From positions 17,360,001-17,424,000 of the forward strand of contig JBHGNT010000009.1 in assembly GCA_043228905.1 (NCBI GenBank): 64,000 bases of DNA, given 5' to 3'. This document shows, piece after piece, positions 12,949 through 25,200 of this stretch. Under the pieces are notes generated by a model. The model did no database searches, was not told the DNA's origin, and worked only from the letters and a program-made list of their open reading frames with translations. The stretch is from Azolla caroliniana. Taxonomy: Eukaryota > Plantae > Polypodiophyta. The number at the start of each line of letters is the position of its first letter. Positions within the stretch are counted from its first letter, which is position 1. The translations under genes and the position numbers were made by a program.

Positions 12949-13676
12949 GGAACTCGGTACGCCGTATCAAGATCTTGTTTAAAACGCAAACATAATCCAG
13001 GAACTCGATACGCCGAATCGAGTTCCTGTTTTAAACACAAATATTGTACAGGAAATCGATACGCCGTATCGATTTCCTGTTTCAAAAGCAAAGAGCATAG
13101 AGGAACTCGATACGGCGTATCGAGTTCCTGTTTAAAACCTAAACTTTAAACAGGAACTCAATACGTCGTATCGAGTTCCTGTTTAGAAAGCAAAGAACAC
13201 AGAGGAACTCGATATGCCGTATCGAGATCCTGTTTAAAACCTAAACTTTAAACAGGAACTCGATACGACATATCAAATTCCTGTTTAAAAAGCAAAGAAA
13301 ATAGAGGAACTTGGTACGGCGAATCGAGTTCTTGTTTAAAACCTAAACTTTAAACAAGAAGTATCGAGTTCCTATTTAAAAAGCAAAGAAAACAGAGGAA
13401 CTCGATACGGCGTTTTGAGTTCTTGTTTAAAACCTAAACTTTAAACAGGAACTCGATACGGCGTATTGAGTTCCTGTTTAAAAAGCAAAGAACACAGAGG
13501 AACTCGATACGTATCGAGTTCCTGTTTAAAAAGCAAAGAACACAGAGGAACTCGATACGCCGTATCGAGTTCCTATTTAAAAAGCAAAGAAAAAATAGGA
13601 ACTTGATACGCCATATCGAGTTCCTGTATAAAGTTTGTATTTTATAAAGGAACTCGATACGGCGTATCGAGTTCTT
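12949..13676. repeat. Array of about 15 palindromes GGAACTCGATAC-GSC-GTATCGAGTTCC, 51-bp period, in intron 1 of the ParB-MTase gene
   Basis: Units start at about 12949, 12999, 13051, 13102, 13153, 13204, 13255, 13306, (13357 partial), 13397, 13448, 13499, 13547, 13598 and 13649, separated by A-rich linkers of mainly two types. Confidence 0.92.
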
Positions 13677-13844
13677 GAGTGACAAAACATATTTACAAAA
13701 ATGTCCATGGTGTCAGAGGCCTACCTGGAGTCCTAGCGCTCGATTCTCTTTGAAGACATGGTTGATCTTGTCGAAGTGGAGGCGGAGATCGCGCTTTCGT
13801 GCTTCGTGCTCTGTGTGCTCTTGTGAGTGAAATATGATGAGGTC

Positions 13845-14290
13845 TTCCTATTTATAGGGATTGACCACAATGGTTAAAGTAACCACAGTCACCTTAACTA
13901 GGGTTGGTAAGTTTGAGGTTAGTTAGTTAGTAACCACAGTCACATTAACCAAAGTAACTTATGATTGCATTAATGATTACAAAGTCAAACTAACATATTG
14001 ATGAATCTTTTATGGTCATAATAACTTACAATGACTTTAAAGGTCATGAAGGACACAATGATAGAGGTTCATGAATGAACCAATGATTGATTACTAAAAG
14101 CAACATTTTTATGACTCTCAAATGCTATGTATTAAAGATGTGGGCATGAATGAACCAATGATTGATAAGTCTAATATTTAAAATGGTGAGCCTTAATGAA
14201 CCAATGACTGAGAAGTTCTATATCAAATATGGGTGCCATTAATTAGCCAATGATTTTAACTTTAATCCAAGATATTCATGGCTTGGTAAT
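13845..14290. promoter_or_regulatory. Divergent promoter region between the MTase and transposase genes
   Basis: TATAAATA on minus at about 13849-13856, roughly 90 bp upstream of the MTase ATG and conserved in copy 2 (about 46919). Several (AATG)AACCAATGA CCAAT-type repeats in both copies. Confidence 0.5.
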
Positions 14291-14557
14291 GATTGGATTT
14301 ATATTATACTAGATTTAACTTCATATAGACCTAGTTTAAATAATCATTGATATTTTAAATACAATTACTATATTAAAAATAATATTTTTATGTATTGTAT
14401 TAATATAATATTAAATAATAGAGACATTATATTGAGGGAGCTTTTGTTTAGAGAGGAGTTTATGTTTAGAGACGAGTATATGTTTAGAGAGGAGCTTATT
14501 AGTTGTTTGCCTTAGCCTAAGCACATAACTTAAAGAGCCCTATCTAGACCTTAAGCC

Positions 14558-17344
14558 ATGAGTGAAGATTCACTGTTCTCGATTGAATAATATTGTTTGT
14601 CATCAGACTCATCGTTTTCTGACGAAGAGTATTGTTTGTCGACAGACTCACCATATTCTATTGAAGAATATTGTCTGTCGACAGACTCACCATATTCTAT
14701 CGAAGAATATTGTATGAGCTCATCTTCACCTACAGGGAATGTAAATAATGACACATGTGAAGAGTTCTCTATTGAAGAATATGATATTAATAAAGATATG
14801 GAGAATGAAGGTAGTGCTAATGAAACATCGAATAACATTGGCGATGGTCACAACAAAGAATTAGATTGTAACAAGGTTACACCAACCTCTATGCAGGAAG
14901 AGAAATCTGGAAGCCCTATGCATATTAGAAGAATCCCATGAAGAATTCGTCTGGCTAGATTTAGCTTGGTGACATTAGATAAACAGATTGGATTTGATGT
15001 CAAAAAAATATGTTGTGCCCGTGGTTGTATGTCTATGATTGGAAAATCAAAGTTTCGAGAATTAAGGCGATACTATTTTTCGATGACTGGTGATGAGCAA
15101 GACACTTACCTCGGGTCACATATGCAACTAGTATCTAACAAATGTACGGGGATCAAAGTATCATTCAAGTATTATATCTTCCATGTGCAACAAATATGTA
15201 GAGTTGCATTCAAAATTGCGTTATGTGTTAGTAACATGCGGCTACATAGAGTACAACAACGTCTACTTAGCGGGGATCAGATGCTCAATTGTAAAGAGGT
15301 TCCAAGTATGAAAGGTGTAATTGGAAGACATGTTATTGGTTGGATGAAAAGTTACTTTCAGTTAAATTGTGAAGTAATGCCCACTACAGGTAGGATGCAC
15401 CTTTCTGATAGTTATACACGTCGGGAAGTTTATGATGTCTATCGATCTGATATGGTGGGCTCATGTAATAAGTCTGTCACATATAGCCAATTCACAAGAT
15501 TATGGAGAGCTCGGTTTTCAAATGTTATCATTCCACGTAAAGTACGCATGGGGTATTGCTCCATTTGTGCAAATCTTAAAAGTTTGGCTAAAGGTGCAAA
15601 GACATCAATGGAAAAGGATATGAGTAAGAAGTTACTACAAGAGCATCGTGAGGCACAATCGTTAGAACGAAAGAAGGCGATGCATCATAGAGAGAAGTGT
15701 TTGAAAAGGCCCGAACAATACATGTGCTTAATGATGGATGGCATGGACCAGAAGAACACGTGCTTGCCGCATATGCGGAGGCTCCCCAAAGATGTCAATG
15801 ATGAGTGCCTTGTTCAAATGCACTTGGTGGGATGTTTGGCTTATAATAGGTCTATTGGACCTCACGTCTTCATTACATACCCCAATGTTCACAATGACCC
15901 TAACCTAACAGTTATAGTGATTCACCAAGTTTTGATGTCTTGGGGCCAACCTTTCCCCCCTGTTCTATACATTCAATTGGACAATACTGTTAGAGAGAAC
16001 AAAAACTCAACTGTGTTTGGCTATCTAAGTATGTTGGTCAACCAAGGATTGTTTAGGAAAGTGAAAGTCAATTTTCTTTTGGTTGGCCACACACATGACC
16101 ATATAGATCAGATGTTTAGCACATTCTCCAAACAGTTGTCTCGGCATGATGCTTTCACTTTACCTAAACTATTTGATGTCATTTGTGATTCATATACACC
16201 ACGCCCAAAAGTGTTACACTTGAAGGAGGTATATGACTTTAAGAGATATATATCAGATGGGGGTGGTGGGAATGTTAAAGTGCTTGGCCAGTTAAACAAT
16301 AGAAGTTTCAATCACATTTTTATGATAAAGAAAAATGGAATTAGTGGTTCTACACTTTTGTATGCTAAACAATATTCATCTTCTACAACATGGGAACCTG
16401 AAGGTGGTTGCCAGTTATTACTTTGTATGCCGAGTACAATTGTCCATGGAGCTAAGCAAATGCCAATTGAGAAGAAAGGATAGTTGCAGAGTGTCTTGGT
16501 ATCGGAACAAAAACGTTCATGGCTCCAAGCCTTAGAAGAAAAAAGAAAGCATATTGAGGCCGCCAAGAAATATGCCGCACAACAAGACACATCATGGTGG
16601 GATGTACTTTATAGTGATTAGAAAGGAATTATAGACAATTGTGTATTTGGTGATAATTGGAATTTGGAAACGCCATTCACATGGTCGCTACAACATGATC
16701 GTGTAAATAGAACTCCGGAGCAACCACCAAATGCGATTAATGACAACTTGGTTCATCCACAACAAAGAGACATTTATGTGGGACCAAAGATGACCAAAGC
16801 AGCCGAAGCTAGATGGCAAGGCAATTTGCAAGAGCTCACGGCGGGGATGTTGATTGCAACACCGGCTTATGAGAACTCACATGGCCACCAATTTTGGGTG
16901 GGTAAAATTCTAGAAGTGCTAATGCATAAAATAGAAAACACGATCAAGTCTATAAACGTTCATTGGTACAACATTAGAAGTGCAAATGCTTTTACAGGTA
17001 AGTATACATTGGAGATGATTGAATGCCCAACAAGAAGGGGAGGTAGGAAGAGGAAGTGAAACATTCGTAACACCTCGACCCTTGATATCTCTGATGTGGA
17101 TATCATCGTGTACAACTTCACACTTACAAAAGCCGGACGATTAAGGAAGTCAACAATAGATATAATAAAAGAAAAATTACCAGGTCTACAAGGTGGCTCG
17201 AGTCAAAGGCAAACGAGATCTGCTACATATAATCTAGAGTCAAACCATTTGGTTTATGACGAAGATAATGCACTGATTGGTACATCTGAGGATGATGAGG
17301 AGGAATCGTCATTGTATATTAGTTATAGTAGTGATTCTCTGTAA
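14558..17344 (+). pseudogene. Sola1-like DDD transposase, copy 1
   Basis: CSIC...H Zn motif and candidate catalytic MDGMDQ, QLDN-x3-ENKN and VGHTHDHIDQMFS. N-terminal 36-bp EEYCLSTDS repeats. C-terminal FWVGKI...VHWY domain. Several in-frame stops. Confidence 0.8.
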
Positions 17345-17676
17345 AGGAGTGATCACGAATGTATATTTGGCTATTAAGTGTAACTACATTCCGCTTGTAA
17401 CAAATCGAGTAATATAAAAGCATGTGTTTTGAATTCTTATGATTTCTAAAAAATTGTTTCTTATAAAATAACATTGGTTGTAAAGTTTGTGATATAAATT
17501 GAGAATGTAACTTTTTCAAATTCCTCTTTTTTTAGTTACTTCTAAATCACGAAAATAGTGGATTTTTAACCTTTTTCATAGTATGTTTGAACATGTATGA
17601 TACTGGTATCAATGTGTTTTGTAAAATCATTGAAAAAGCCCTAAAATCAACCAAAATTTCCCTTATCCTTCCATTT

Positions 17677-17710
17677 ATGCGCGATCCTTCCACTTGTGAA
17701 CGCGAACGTG
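17677..17710 (-). repeat. Terminal inverted repeat, 34 bp
   Basis: ATGCGCGATCCTTCCACTTGTGAACGCGAACGTG, identical to 61146-61179 and inverse of 37697-37730 (1 mismatch). Confidence 0.9.
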
Positions 17711-17712
17711 TT

Positions 17713-19714
17713 TTATATTAAATGATACTACACATGCTAGATTATCTAGGACAATATTAACGGGCTTTGACTCTTCTATGATATTTCTGGAAGCAATGGG
17801 ACAACCATCAATGACTACTACAGAGGTTGGCTGGACAGGGGAGTTTTCTTAGTGATATCTAATGAGCTTGGGCAAAGTTCCTATCCATGAAGCAAGAATT
17901 AGCTCCAGAATCTAGAAGTGCTAAGACATGTACTGGAGGGGTACTTTTAGTACTAACTGTTACTTGGGCTATGAACACATTGCTAACTTGCTTAGAGGGA
18001 ATGGAACCACTAATGGGCTGCATAGATCTAGGGCTGTCCAACCAAACGACTCCTATTTTGGCTGAACTTAGTCATTTAACTCTTCTTCTAACTGACTAAG
18101 GACATCAAATTTGTTCGCTAGATTTGGCTATTAGTACTATTAGGACTATCAGATATCCCTACTGAAATAGACTCAGGTTTAATACAATCAGAACTAGCAA
18201 CTATTTGGTTTACCTGCCTTCTTGGCCTATGGGGACAGTTTACCGCAATATGCCTTGGTCCACCGCAATAAAGACATAGTCAGTTTGCTCGGCGTCATTG
18301 CTTTTCTTCTTCCGATAGCAGTCCACGATGCGTGTAGTGTCAATTTCCATTGGAGTTGGAGTACTTACTAGAGGCGCATTATATGACTCCCTCAGAAAAG
18401 GTTCCGCTACCACTGAGGCGTAGGTAGGCTCAGATCTTACCCTTGGCATCTGGAACTAACGTTTCGAACGCCGTTCAAAGAGGCAATTGTCGCATCTCAC
18501 TACGCGACTGATTGCTTCTATTAATGACTTTGGTTCTTCAGTAAAGGTCAAGAGCAAATCTTTGACATCGTTACGTAGACCATAACGAAATTGCTCCATT
18601 AACGCTTGATCATCCCAGGGGATATCGGAGGCGAGTAGATGAAAATCTGCAGCGTATGCGGAGGCTGGACGATTGCCTTGACGTAGTCGTCGGATTTTGT
18701 TTATTGTTGTCCTTATGTTGTCAGTATCTCCAAAACAGGCTTTAAACTCACTTATAAACTCTTCAAAATTGTTTAGTAATGGAGATTCTTTTTCTAACAG
18801 CGGAGTGAACCATGCCAACGTTGAGCCACTTAACAACATGCCTACTAAACCCACTCGTGATGCATCGGTGGGATATCGGGAAGGATGCATTCGAATAACT
18901 AGTCGTACCTGATTAAGGAACCCTCTAAACTGTGATCGTGTTCCATCAAATTTCATGGGAAGGTCGATCTTAGGTTCTTTATGAATCCCTTGTGTTCTGG
19001 GTCGTGTTTGTTGCATCGCTACGATGGTTGCTTCAAGTTGTTGCACGCGTAACACAAGTTCCCCATGTTGTTGTTGCATTTGCTGCTTTTCTAAGGAGAT
19101 TTGTTGAAGATCCCCCAACAACCGTTGATTTTCTTGTTCCAAAGCAAGGAACTTCTCTTTCAAGCATTGCAACTCTGAGAAAACAGATTGATATTCTTGA
19201 GCACTAACAATGGCCATGGGATGAGAGGAAAGAGGAATAAGAGATTAGTATGAAGGGAGGGAGACAAAAGAGGAAAGAATCGGTTCAAAATGTTAGGATC
19301 AATACTAAGACAAAGAAGGAATTAGTACTAAAAGATGAGGATTAGTACTAAGAGAAATGTAGAACTCTCGAGAGAAGGAAAGAGTGAGCAAGAGAGAGAG
19401 ATAGAGAGAGAGAGAAAGGGTGAGAGAGAATGATGATATATATTATGTGAAGAGAGTATACAATAGTAGCTAGGAGGCTTAAGACTGGCGTTGAACCAAT
19501 TTGGTTCGAAATAATGCCTTGTGCCTCCTTTTATAGTGTTCTCAGGAGTACTCCTGAAGTTTCTAGAATGTTCCAGAGAAATCTGGAATATACATCAATT
19601 TTCTATAATAAAACATAAATGAAAATTCTATGTATTACAATGTATGGTCTAATGGTCAAGAGCTTGACCCATGTAGCATAAGGTCATGGGTTTGAGTCTT
19701 GCCATATCATGACA
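17713..19714 (-). mobile_element. Truncated Tcn1-like chromovirus: 5' LTR 19291-19714, gag and start of protease
   Basis: Homologous to 38450-44121; cut off at the transposon TIR. Confidence 0.9.
18070..19217 (-). pseudogene. Ty3/gypsy gag, degraded
   Basis: ORFs 18456-19217 and 18240-18449 closely match the gag at 38949. Confidence 0.85.
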
Positions 19715-19807
19715 TCTATTTGTAAAGGGAAAGGCAATATTTTGTAGTTGTTGCCTTATAAACCCATACGGGATACGTAATAATTGTCGTGCTTCAACAA
19801 ACTCCAA

Positions 19808-20150
19808 AATTCTTTGAGATGGAGTCTCAACTACATCTCTCACCTCTTTGACCCCCAAATGAAACAAGTGATTAAATTGAGAGAGCAATCTCTCATTTCC
19901 ATGCCAAAATAATAATTGAGAAGACACAAGCAACTCTTTTTGCAAGGAAGTTCAATGCTCTCTACTACAGGATGGTTTACAACCAAGTGTTGAACACATG
20001 AAGAGCCATGAATCTTAAAAGTACATTTGTTCAATAATTGCCACCATGAAGTCTTAATTGTTGTCGTCTCATGTGTTAAACCTTTGTTCTCAATGAAAGA
20101 TTGAGCAATACATATCCATGGTTGTGAGTGTGAACTCTCTCTCTCTCTCT
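19808..20150 (+). repeat. About 340-bp interspersed repeat ending in (CT)n
   Basis: A second copy lies on minus at about 61638-61968. Confidence 0.85.
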
Positions 20151-20154
20151 AATG

Positions 20155-21320
20155 GCAAAACTATTTATATGTATAAATGAATCAAAGGTAAGTGCATGGG
20201 ATGGAAAAAAATGGTACAAGAGCATATGGACACACTGGCTTTCGAGGACACCATAGCATCAGCGATCACCTTGTCTCTTCCAATATTAATGGAGCAAAGT
20301 CGCTTGAGAGGTAAAAGTTTATATTGTTGCTTCGTGGACTTCAAGAAAGCTTTTGATATGGTGCCTCGTGAGCGTCTTTGGAGGCGAACAGAAAAACTCA
20401 AGGTACCAAGTGAATATATGCTTGTAATTTCCCGAATCTATGATAAGATTATATTATGGTGTGTGCATATGGGTTTTAGGATTTCAGATTTATTTAATAC
20501 CACTATTGGTGTTAAGCAAGGATGCCCACTCTCACCAACATTATTTGGTCTATATATTGAAGTTTGTAAAGGAAGAAGGCATTCAAGAAGTTAGCATTGG
20601 GAATGTAGTCATCATGTTTGTTGTATGTGGATGATGTGATGTAAATAGCTCTAAAACAAAGATTATTTTTATGAAAAGCCAAAGAAGATAAACCATGCAT
20701 TGTGTACAATAATGAGACACTTCAAATTGTGGAAATATTCAAATACCATGGTTTTGAGGTTCTTTCAAATCATAGATGGAATAAATGTCCTACCCCCTGC
20801 TCAGAGGCAAGAAAGAGAGCATATTATGCATTTGAGAACATGTGCAACAATTGAGAAAATTAAGTGTTGGGTCCTCAAGAAATACGTTTTCGACACTATG
20901 ATTCTCTTTGGAGTGGAAGAATTGGGGTACAACATCCCTAAGTTCACTTTGAAAGAGTTTCAAAATGTCCAAAAGAATTTTCTTTGTCATACACCCTCCT
21001 TGTTCTTGGGGTGGTACCACTTCCCATTGAAATCATGGCCATGGAAAGGTTCAAAGATTTCCCTCACATGTACACCCTAGAATCACATGGGAAGTAAGTA
21101 AAGACATCTAAAAGACACATGAAAGCATAATTGTGTTCTGATTGGTTGCAAAATATGGAAAAATGGTTTGGAACATGGGATGGAATACACTTGCTTCATG
21201 AAGCCTTTCCCTATGCCTATGTATCATGACATGAAAAAAATGGCAAGGCTCATGCTTCACACAATATACCACATACGTTGCACCTAACTACAAAACCATA
21301 TACTTTGCCAAATGAAGAAA
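20155..21320 (+). mobile_element. RTE-like non-LTR retrotransposon RT fragment, degraded
   Basis: YCCFVDFKKAFDMV and GVKQGCPLSPTLFGLYI are LINE RT motifs. Confidence 0.85.
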
Positions 21321-22243
21321 CCAATAATCACCTCATCATCTCAATTGTTTGACATTGGTAAAACTCTGTGGACATATCATGAAAAAGAAACTTAAAACAT
21401 GTATAGAACTCTTTGGATGTAGCACCATCATAGACCACTTTGTCACACTTCCCACAACCATGGAAGAATTTTATAGACTAAATAGACAAATATCTCTATA
21501 ATTGCTAGGAGACGTCAGAAAAGTGTTCAATATGAATGCCCAGCCAGTGTGGTGTTGTGAATCATATCAATTGGAGTAGGAACTTATTATTCATCCCTCT
21601 ATTGTCTTGCTATCAGACTTTCCTGATTGGCAGTGTCATTGATGTTTTTTTAATAGTGATCATAGGACTGCGTTTTTAGTATTATATACATTACATTTTG
21701 CAAAAAGAAAAAGAAACAAAGAGAGCTTACATACGTCTGAGTGTATTCTTTCTTAGATGTTTTGACAATTATCATAAAAATGCATTTTAAGTGACACCAA
21801 CTATAACAGTCGCAAAAAGGAAAAAACCTTCAGTAATACATTACTTCTTGCAAAATGAAAAAAAGATCTTAAAAAACCTACCGGTGTGATGAAGCTTATA
21901 GAATTATTGTACAGCACAAGTCAACAATTTAACAAGCATACATTATTTCTGCATGCAGATCAGTAAAATAAACAAGTGCAATTAGGGTGTAATCATATCT
22001 CTTAAGATAATAAAGGATCATACCATATTACAAGACTCAGTTAGGGGATAAAATTGAAAATCAACAGCTTGAGACTCTCGAAAACATTTTACGTACAAAG
22101 GCTCTAGGACGAGCATTCATCATATATTTCCAAGGTCTCTGTTACCAATTTTAATATAATCTTGTAGACCCCTTGTGAGGTTCTTTAAGGCATTTCAATG
22201 ATAGCACCACTTTCAATGTGAAAATAACTGCCATGGAGAAGAG

Positions 22244-25200
22244 TTAACCACCTCCTGCTATATCCATGTCCACAGTGTCCATAAATCCACGAAATGAAAT
22301 ATTGATCCTCAGGATTCCAGTCAGCTTCTTGTCATTCACATTCACAATTCCTCCTCCTCTTCCCATTAACTCAAACAATGGTATATTGAGATTTGGTCTT
22401 GTGATCTCTTCCAATACTGGAGGCGCTTGCATGTACAGATTAATTTGTTGATAAGAGATGCTCGGCTTTGTAAGTTTAGCTTTGAATCGAGAATCCTCAA
22501 GTAGACTGTCAATAAACTGAGAAAGGAAAGAGCTATTAATTGACTAAGAGAATAATTGTTTAGTGTCAATATTTTCCATAGCTTGGATGATTGTACAAAC
22601 CTTCTGCAACTTTAGTGAACAGTCAATCTCCATTGGCACACCTGGGCTGCAGACAACACAATCTGCATCTTTTTCATGGCTTAATGTATGTGTATACACA
22701 CCCTGAGTACCCATGTACCTGTTACAAATAGAAAGGTGTCTTCAGTCATCTTTTAGGCATTTTTTATTAATCATGGCACTATTTGATGATCATACATCAT
22801 GTAATTATCCATGCCTCTGCTGCACATTGTTACTATCTTTAAAGCTTCAAGGGTACAAGCAGCAGAGATAATTGCATTGGTCGACGCAATTGCTGGAATA
22901 ATATTCTTGACTACCCCCTGCACAAATGTCTGGAATAAGCCTCATTGCGCCCTGCTAAAAAAGATGATTTTACTTGCAAATTTTATTATACCTGTGTCAA
23001 AGAATATGTAACCCCACTTATATTGAACTGTTCAGCCCTCTTCAATGCCTAAAGGAAAAACTCCAACAGCATTAGCCATAATTACAGTTGTCATGCCCTA
23101 TACAAAGTCAGAATACTAAAACAACCTCATGTTGAAAACCATAAACCAGTGATGTAAGCTTCAGTTTATGTAATTTATATGTGCATAAAACTGTATTCAA
23201 TAATGTTATAGCTTTAGATTATGTAATTTACTTTTTTAGGTCATTGCAATTTCCTTGATACTGCTTGATCTATTTTCCATCATACGAAATCATAATTACA
23301 CAAAACATGCAAGAAAAATGAATATGCAAAACTGAATCCTCAATTTTGTTTCGAATAACTGCATTTCCAGCATAAATAATAATAATACCTACATTATCAC
23401 TTCTTGTTACAGAGGCAACTTACTGATGAAGGGATAGGAACAGATGACAGGGATGGGAATGAGAACGGTCTTTACGCAGGGGTGGTTTAAGGACAGACAG
23501 GTGGGATGTGTACTGATCATTTTATAATTGTATATAGCATTATTGAACGGGAATCAGGATGCATCACGTAATTTGAATCACTTAATTTGGATACTTGTAG
23601 TAGCAGAGGTATATGTCTATAATCAATCAATTTTGATGAAACTTATTTCAAAATCATCTTTTAAAGAAGACTCATGAAAAATGGCTATGTCATTGACAGG
23701 ATCGCTTAGTGCAGAACGACATTTCATTTGAAGGTCACCTACAATAGAGATCACCTACATGAAATTGATTACAATAGATTATGAACATACCTGGATAAAT
23801 TCACCTCACCAACAGTCATAAGCAGTATTCCAATGTATTTATACTTCTTTAAATTAAAGGTACCTCATCAAATATCCACTTCATGTGGTCCGGATTATCT
23901 GCATCAAACGAATCATTTGGTCGGTCCTGAAAACATGTAAATTATTATAGTTATTTTTGCTATACCAAGCATCTAGACATTTCATATGAATAGTAAACTA
24001 TTACACAGTGTACAGTGGGTTACCTGGCCCCATTGTATAAGATGAACATACTCAATACAATGAGCTGGTGAACGCGGTGTCTCTGCCAGGGTGCATAAGG
24101 GGTATGTCACCTGAGGCGGAAACAACCCTAGTGTGCAATGGAAGCATGGTGTGATTCCAGGGATAATAACTCGAGCATGCCCTTTAAACCCTTCTGTACC
24201 CCCATCAACCATTGGTATTATGGAAGAGGTAACAGGAGCTCCATATGGATCATATTCTGAGAAAACAAAACATATTCTTATAAACATGATAAAATCTGGG
24301 CACTATATAGCTCTAAATCTAAAATTATCATATAATCCGTATGTCTGCATAAGCACAAATAAATGGTAAAACGAAAATTAACCCCAAAAGAGAACAAAGT
24401 AAACAAATAAAAAGAAAATAAAGGGTAAATACATACGTTAAGAAATCTGCACAACTATCTATACCACAGAGTAAACATATCTAAACCCACAATATGAACC
24501 AACGACCTGATTCACTTCCATGTACAGATATTCTTACAGTAACTAATTCTAAGTACTATACATGCCACATTGTAAAGCATACTCCTGCTTTAGTTCTGTT
24601 GGGAAGAGAAATTATTTGTCAGATAATACATCTCCAGCAAACCTAAATACACCCAGATGTAGTTACCTACAGCTCATTTAGGTTAATTTATACTCGGTCA
24701 ATATTCAATTCAAGCTACCATTAAAATGATTTATTACCAAGGAAACTACAGACAACTGAATTAATATAGCTTCGTGCCTCCAACGAATCAAGACCAAGAG
24801 CAATAATCTGAAACTCCTGGTAAAAACTGTTATCTTTATCTTCAATCCGGCCAAAATGTGGTACAACTTCAACTCCTTTCACTCGCTTCATAACTCTTTC
24901 TGCAGCAACTACTGCCTTTGGTTTTCCAACATCATGCATCCTGTCATACATGTTCTGATAAAAAGATTAGTAATATGTTTAAATTACAAAAAGGTAAAAT
25001 TTACCAAGACATTGAATGTATTTCAAACATTCTAGACAGCTCTGATCCACATAGCAAGATAGAATCCATTCAATTTCATATTAAGAAGAAGTTCTAGTCA
25101 TATTATCTTCCCAGTGTGATGTATTTAACAGTACACAGGTAAATTAGGCTTCTGACATGAATTCCATCAGAATCATGTGTCCGATATAGGCAATGATAAG

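Larger units (their letters stand above)
8587..13759 (-). pseudogene. ParB/Srx-like domain plus beta-class N6A/N4C DNA methyltransferase, spliced gene, copy 1
   Basis: 35-nt exon 1 at 13725-13759 (ATG...CAG|GT). ParB-like segment IREPHRMHVQNLKKKM...VVPFIV...YFVIGGSH-x-EA...CKIY...EEAKLLAWDHN. MTase motif IV (LMIADIRY; consensus with copy 2 ADIPYG) precedes PYQKP...WILDLFSGTG (motif I). Disrupted by stops and a solo LTR. Confidence 0.8.
8532..17710. mobile_element. MTase-carrying TIR DNA transposon, copy 1 (Sola1-like); left part displaced by the Sola2-like insertion
   Basis: Colinear inverted homology with 37697-61179; TIR at 17677-17710; divergent transposase and ParB-MTase genes. Confidence 0.85.

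Noticed and set aside
12949-13676. CRISPR array
   Set aside because: Linkers are short, A-rich and recur in about two types instead of being unique. There are no cas genes, and the context is a eukaryotic intron.
8587-13759. Bacterial contamination or a restriction-modification operon
   Set aside because: The gene has GT-AG introns conserved in two copies, plant LTR insertions with TSDs, and lies inside a eukaryotic transposon.
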